Assembly: GCA_964057225.1 (NCBI GenBank) | Contig: OZ059898.1 | Span: forward strand, 868,001-932,000 | From: Auanema rhodensis | Lineage: Eukaryota; Animalia; Nematoda | Length of the DNA: 64,000 bases | Reading direction: 5' to 3' | Shown: in pieces, positions 57,801 to 64,000 of the stretch | How the letters are laid out: each line of letters starts with the position of its first letter | Position numbering within the stretch: the first letter of the stretch is position 1 | Made by a program: the position numbers and the translations under genes | The notes under the pieces: model-generated | What the model saw: the letters and a program-made list of their open reading frames with translations, nothing else | Told to the model about the DNA's origin: nothing | Database searches by the model: none

Positions 57801-60800
57801 CTACTTTTTGCCAAATTATTTTGAAATTTTTCGAAAAAATTTTTGTCAAAATGTTTTTGGAAGCAATGTTGAGTGTACATGGAAACTCAACATACACTAA
57901 TGCATCATTTTTCAAACGATCATAACTAATTTTTGTATTAAGCGTTTCTCAATGTAGTATAGTGCATTCGATGCGGATTTTTAAGCTGCGTCGATCTGTG
58001 TTATCAGATTTGCGCTAGCTTAAAAATGCACCGAGATATCAACTGATATAAGTTCACACTTATATCCTCGATTTTCACCCTGAAGAATTAATTTTTTTGT
58101 TGAATAACATTGTCCATCGTCTTTGCCTTGAAAAAAGGAATCTAAAAACATGTACTTTTTGCTAAATTATTTTGAAATTTTCCGAAAAAATTTTTGTCAA
58201 AATGTTTTTGGAAGCAATGTTGAGTGTACATAGAAACTCAACATACACTAATGCATCATTTTTCAAACGATCATAACTAATTTTTGTATTAAGCGTTTCT
58301 CAATGTCGTATAGTGCATTCGATGCGGATTTTTAAGCTGCGTCGATCTGTGTTATCAGATTTGCGCTAGCTTAAAAATACACCGAGATATCAACTGATAT
58401 AAGTTCACACTTATATCCTTGATTTTCACCCTGAAGAATTAATTTTTTTGTTGAATAACATTGTCCATCGTCTTTGCCTTGAAAAAAGGAATCTAAAAAC
58501 ATCTACTTTTTGCTAAATTATTTTGAAATTTTTCGAAAAAATTTTTGTCAAAATGTTTTTGGAAGCAATGTTGAGTGTACATGGAAACTCAACATACACT
58601 AATGCATCATTTTTCAAACGATCATAACTAATTTTTGTATTAAGCGTTTCTCAATGTCGTATAGTGCATTCGATGCGGATTTTTAAGCTATCCTCGATTT
58701 TCACCCTGAAGAATTAATTTTTTCGTTGAATAACATTGTCCATCGTCTTCGCCTTGAAAAAAGGAATCTAAAAACATCTACTTTTTGCTAAATTATTTCG
58801 AAATTTTTCGAAAAAATTTTTGTCAAAATGTTTTTGGAAGCAATGTTGAGTGTACATAGAAACTCAACATACACTAATGCATCATTTTTCAAACGATCAT
58901 AACTAATTTTTGTATTAAGCGTTTCTCAATGTCGTATAGTGCATTCGATGCGGATTTTTAAGCTATCCTCGATTTTCACCCTGAAGAATTAATTTTTTCG
59001 TTGAATAACATTGTCCATCGTCTTTGCCTTGAAAAAAGGAATCTAAAAACATGTACTTTTTGCTAAATTATTTTGAAATTTTCCGAAAAAATTTTTGTCA
59101 AAATGTTTTTGGAAGCAATGTTGAGTGTACATAGAAACTCAACATACACTAATGCATCATTTTTCAAACGATCATAACTAATTTTTGTATTAAGCGTTTC
59201 TCAATGTCGTATAGTGCATTCGATGCGGATTTTTAAGCTATCCTCGATTTTCACCCTGAAGAATTAATTTTTTCGTTGAATAACATTGTCCATCGTCTTC
59301 GCCTTGAAAAAAGGAATCTAAAAACATCTACTTTTTGCTAAATTATTTCGAAATTTTTCGAAAAAATTTTTGTCAAAATGTTTTTGGAAGCAATGTTGAG
59401 TGTACAAGGAAACTCAACATACACTAATGCATCATTTTTCAAACGATCATAACTAATTTTTGTATTAAGCGTTTCTCAATGTAGTATAGTGCATTCGATG
59501 CGGATTTTTAAGCTGCGTCGATATGTGTTATCAGATTTGCGCTAGCTTAAAAATGCACCGAGATATCAACTGATATAAGTTCACACTTATATCCTCGATT
59601 TTCACCCTGAAGAATTGATTTTTTCGTTGAATAACATTGTCCATCGTCTTTGCCTTGAAAAAAGGAATCTAAAAACATCTACTTTTTGCCAAATTATTTT
59701 GAAATTTTTCGAAAAAATTTTTGTCAAAATGTTTTTGGAAGCAATGTTGAGTGTACATGGAAACTCAACATACACTAATGCATCATTTTTCAAACGATCA
59801 TAACTAATTTTTGTATTAAGCGTTTCTCAATGTAGTATAGTGCATTCGATGCGGATTTTTAAGCTGCGTCGATCTGTGTTATCAGATTTGCGCTAGCTTA
59901 AAAATGCACCGAGATATCAACTGATATAAGTTCACACTTATATCCTCGATTTTCACCCTGAAGAATTAATTTTTTTGTTGAATAACATTGTCCATCGTCT
60001 TTGCCTTGAAAAAAGGAATCTAAAAACATGTACTTTTTGCTAAATTATTTTGAAATTTTCCGAAAAAATTTTTGTCAAAATGTTTTTGGAAGCAATGTTG
60101 AGTGTACATAGAAACTCAACATACACTAATGCATCATTTTTCAAACGATCATAACTAATTTTTGTATTAAGCGTTTCTCAATGTCGTATAGTGCATTCGA
60201 TGCGGATTTTTAAGCTGCGTCGATCTGTGTTATCAGATTTGCGCTAGCTTAAAAATACACCGAGATATCAACTGATATAAGTTCACACTTATATCCTCGA
60301 TTTTCACCCTGAAGAATTAATTTTTTTGTTGAATAACATTGTCCATCGTCTTTGCCTTGAAAAAAGGAATCTAAAAACATCTACTTTTTGCTAAATTATT
60401 TTGAAATTTTTCGAAAAAATTTTTGTCAAAATGTTTTTGGAAGCAATGTTGAGTGTACATGGAAACTCAACATACACTAATGCATCATTTTTCGAACGAT
60501 CATAACTAATTTTTGTATTAAGCGTTTCTCAATGTCGTATAGTGCATTCGATGCGGATTTTTAAGCTATCCTCGATTTTCACCCTGAAGAATTAATTTTT
60601 TCGTTGAATAACATTGTCCATCGTCTTCGCCTTGAAAAAAGGAATCTAAAAACATCTACTTTTTGCTAAATTATTTCGAAATTTTTCGAAAAAATTTTTG
60701 TCAAAATGTTTTTGGAAGCAATGTTGAGTGTACATAGAAACTCAACATACACTAATGCATCATTTTTCAAACGATCATAACTAATTTTTGTATTAAGCGT

Positions 60801-63800
60801 TTCTCAATGTCGTATAGTGCATTCGATGCGGATTTTTAAGCTATCCTCGATTTTCACCCTGAAGAATTAATTTTTTCGTTGAATAACATTGTCCATCGTC
60901 TTTGCCTTGAAAAAAGGAATCTAAAAACATGTACTTTTTGCTAAATTATTTTGAAATTTTCCGAAAAAATTTTTGTCAAAATGTTTTTGGAAGCAATGTT
61001 GAGTGTACATAGAAACTCAACATACACTAATGCATCATTTTTCAAACGATCATAACTAATTTTTGTATTAAGCGTTTCTCAATGTCGTATAGTGCATTCG
61101 ATGCGGATTTTTAAGCTATCCTCGATTTTCACCCTGAAGAATTAATTTTTTCGTTGAATAACATTGTCCATCGTCTTCGCCTTGAAAAAAGGAATCTAAA
61201 AACATCTACTTTTTGCTAAATTATTTCGAAATTTTTCGAAAAAATTTTTGTCAAAATGTTTTTGGAAGCAATGTTGAGTGTACAAGGAAACTCAACATAC
61301 ACTAATGCATCATTTTTCAAACGATCATAACTAATTTTTGTATTAAGCGTTTCTCAATGTAGTATAGTGCATTCGATGCGGATTTTTAAGCTGCGTCGAT
61401 ATGTGTTATCAGATTTGCGCTAGCTTAAAAATGCACCGAGATATCAACTGATATAAGTTCACACTTATATCCTCGATTTTCACCCTGAAGAATTGATTTT
61501 TTCGTTGAATAACATTGTCCATCGTCTTTGCCTTGAAAAAAGGAATCTAAAAACATCTACTTTTTGCCAAATTATTTTGAAATTTTTCGAAAAAATTTTT
61601 GTCAAAATGTTTTTGGAAGCAATGTTGAGTGTACATGGAAACTCAACATACACTAATGCATCATTTTTCAAACGATCATAACTAATTTTTGTATTAAGCG
61701 TTTCTCAATGTAGTATAGTGCATTCGATGCGGATTTTTAAGCTGCGTCGATCTGTGTTATCAGATTTGCGCTAGCTTAAAAATGCACCGAGATATCAACT
61801 GATATAAGTTCACACTTATATCCTCGATTTTCACCCTGAAGAATTAATTTTTTTGTTGAATAACATTGTCCATCGTCTTTGCCTTGAAAAAAGGAATCTA
61901 AAAACATGTACTTTTTGCTAAATTATTTTGAAATTTTCCGAAAAAATTTTTGTCAAAATGTTTTTGGAAGCAATGTTGAGTGTACATAGAAACTCAACAT
62001 ACACTAATGCATCATTTTTCAAACGATCATAACTAATTTTTGTATTAAGCGTTTCTCAATGTCGTATAGTGCATTCGATGCGGATTTTTAAGCTGCGTCG
62101 ATCTGTGTTATCAGATTTGCGCTAGCTTAAAAATACACCGAGATATCAACTGATATAAGTTCACACTTATATCCTCGATTTTCACCCTGAAGAATTAATT
62201 TTTTTGTTGAATAACATTGTCCATCGTCTTTGCCTTGAAAAAAGGAATCTAAAAACATCTACTTTTTGCTAAATTATTTTGAAATTTTTCGAAAAAATTT
62301 TTGTCAAAATGTTTTTGGAAGCAATGTTGAGTGTACATGGAAACTCAACATACACTAATGCATCATTTTTCAAACGATCATAACTAATTTTTGTATTAAG
62401 CGTTTCTCAATGTCGTATAGTGCATTCGATGCGGATTTTTAAGCTATCCTCGATTTTCACCCTGAAGAATTAATTTTTTCGTTGAATAACATTGTCCATC
62501 GTCTTCGCCTTGAAAAAAGGAATCTAAAAACATCTACTTTTTGCTAAATTATTTCGAAATTTTTCGAAAAAATTTTTGTCAAAATGTTTTTGGAAGCAAT
62601 GTTGAGTGTACATAGAAACTCAACATACACTAATGCATCATTTTTCAAACGATCATAACTAATTTTTGTATTAAGCGTTTCTCAATGTCGTATAGTGCAT
62701 TCGATGCGGATTTTTAAGCTATCCTCGATTTTCACCCTGAAGAATTAATTTTTTCGTTGAATAACATTGTCCATCGTCTTTGCCTTGAAAAAAGGAATCT
62801 AAAAACATGTACTTTTTGCTAAATTATTTTGAAATTTTCCGAAAAAATTTTTGTCAAAATGTTTTTGGAAGCAATGTTGAGTGTACATAGAAACTCAACA
62901 TACACTAATGCATCATTTTTCAAACGATCATAACTAATTTTTGTATTAAGCGTTTCTCAATGTCGTATAGTGCATTCGATGCGGATTTTTAAGCTATCCT
63001 CGATTTTCACCCTGAAGAATTAATTTTTTCGTTGAATAACATTGTCCATCGTCTTCGCCTTGAAAAAAGGAATCTAAAAACATCTACTTTTTGCTAAATT
63101 ATTTCGAAATTTTTCGAAAAAATTTTTGTCAAAATGTTTTTGGAAGCAATGTTGAGTGTACAAGGAAACTCAACATACACTAATGCATCATTTTTCAAAC
63201 GATCATAACTAATTTTTGTATTAAGCGTTTCTCAATGTAGTATAGTGCATTCGATGCGGATTTTTAAGCTGCGTCGATATGTGTTATCAGATTTGCGCTA
63301 GCTTAAAAATGCACCGAGATATCAACTGATATAAGTTCACACTTATATCCTCGATTTTCACCCTGAAGAATTGATTTTTTCGTTGAATAACATTGTCCAT
63401 CGTCTTTGCCTTGAAAAAAGGAATCTAAAAACATCTACTTTTTGCCAAATTATTTTGAAATTTTTCGAAAAAATTTTTGTCAAAATGTTTTTGGAAGCAA
63501 TGTTGAGTGTACATGGAAACTCAACATACACTAATGCATCATTTTTCAAACGATCATAACTAATTTTTGTATTAAGCGTTTCTCAATGTAGTATAGTGCA
63601 TTCGATGCGGATTTTTAAGCTATCCTCGATTTTCACCCTGAAGAATTAATTTTTTCGTTGAATAACATTGTCCATCGTCTTTGCCTTGAAAAAAGGAATC
63701 TAAAAACATGTACTTTTTGCTAAATTATTTTGAAATTTTCCGAAAAAATTTTTGTCAAAATGTTTTTGGAAGCAATGTTGAGTGTACATAGAAACTCAAC

Positions 63801-64000
63801 ATACACTAATGCATCATTTTTCAAACGATCATAACTAATTTTTGTATTAAGCGTTTCTCAATGTCGTATAGTGCATTCGATGCGGATTTTTAAGCTATCC
63901 TCGATTTTCACCCTGAAGAATTAATTTTTTCGTTGAATAACATTGTCCATCGTCTTCGCCTTGAAAAAAGGAATCTAAAAACATCTACTTTTTGCTAAAT
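54858..64000 (+). repeat. 1878-bp HOR: 3 x 351-bp plus 3 x 275-bp monomers, about 5 copies with two rearranged units
   Basis: The deletion junction ttaagct|atcctcg occurs at 55132, 56460, 56735, 57010, 58689, 58964, 59239, 60567, 60842, 61117, 62445, 62720, 62995, 63621 and 63896. ORF spacings 55495-57373 and 57724-59602-61480-63358 are each 1878. Confidence 0.97.

Larger units (their letters stand above)
28767..64000 (+). repeat. Tandem satellite array, same 351-bp monomer family (right contig), including 275-bp deletion monomers after 55 kb
   Basis: Same consensus and orientation as the left contig, continuing to the window end. Confidence 0.99.

Noticed and set aside
901-63549. Repeated 63-79 aa minus-strand ORFs (MKNDALVYVEF... 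and frameshift variants)
   Set aside because: They appear only where a SNP or indel removes or bypasses the consensus stop (e.g. gcta to gcca, gata or gctg). Most monomers are closed, the MKND ORFs use a non-ATG start (TTG), and there is no recognisable domain.
4157-63559. Plus-strand 62-65 aa ORFs (MKFFE..., MIFSL...)
   Set aside because: Chance frames opened by monomer variants. They overlap antisense ORFs, use TTG starts and show no coding signature.
1-64000. CRISPR-like array or cassette array suggested by the hairpin-containing repeats
   Set aside because: There are no unique spacers or cassettes; the entire 351-bp unit is repeated, and no cas or integrase genes are present.
1-64000. 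Inversions or transposon insertions within the array
   Set aside because: No strand switch or non-satellite sequence was seen while reading the window.

Overview
The whole 64-kb window is one head-to-tail, single-orientation satellite DNA array of about 185 copies of a 351-bp AT-rich monomer (about 31% GC by hand count), interrupted only by a 200-N scaffold gap (28567-28766). I see no protein-coding genes, RNA genes, transposon insertions or CRISPR arrays. The short ORFs in the track are by-products of monomer SNPs or indels. It looks like eukaryotic, probably invertebrate, (peri)centromeric or heterochromatic DNA, but the taxon cannot be determined from the sequence. The array has internal structure. 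(i) The monomer contains several inverted repeats. (ii) Diagnostic SNPs reveal local higher-order repeats (HORs) of 3, 7, 7, about 8, 6, 3 and 4 monomers. (iii) From about 54.9 kb, a 1878-bp HOR consists of three 351-bp and three 275-bp monomers; the short form carries a 76-bp deletion whose breakpoints fall at or in two of the monomer's hairpins. (iv) Two recombinant HOR variants have mappable crossover intervals. (v) A homogeneous core is flanked by more diverged layers that share variants. The sequence just after the gap shows error-like indels.
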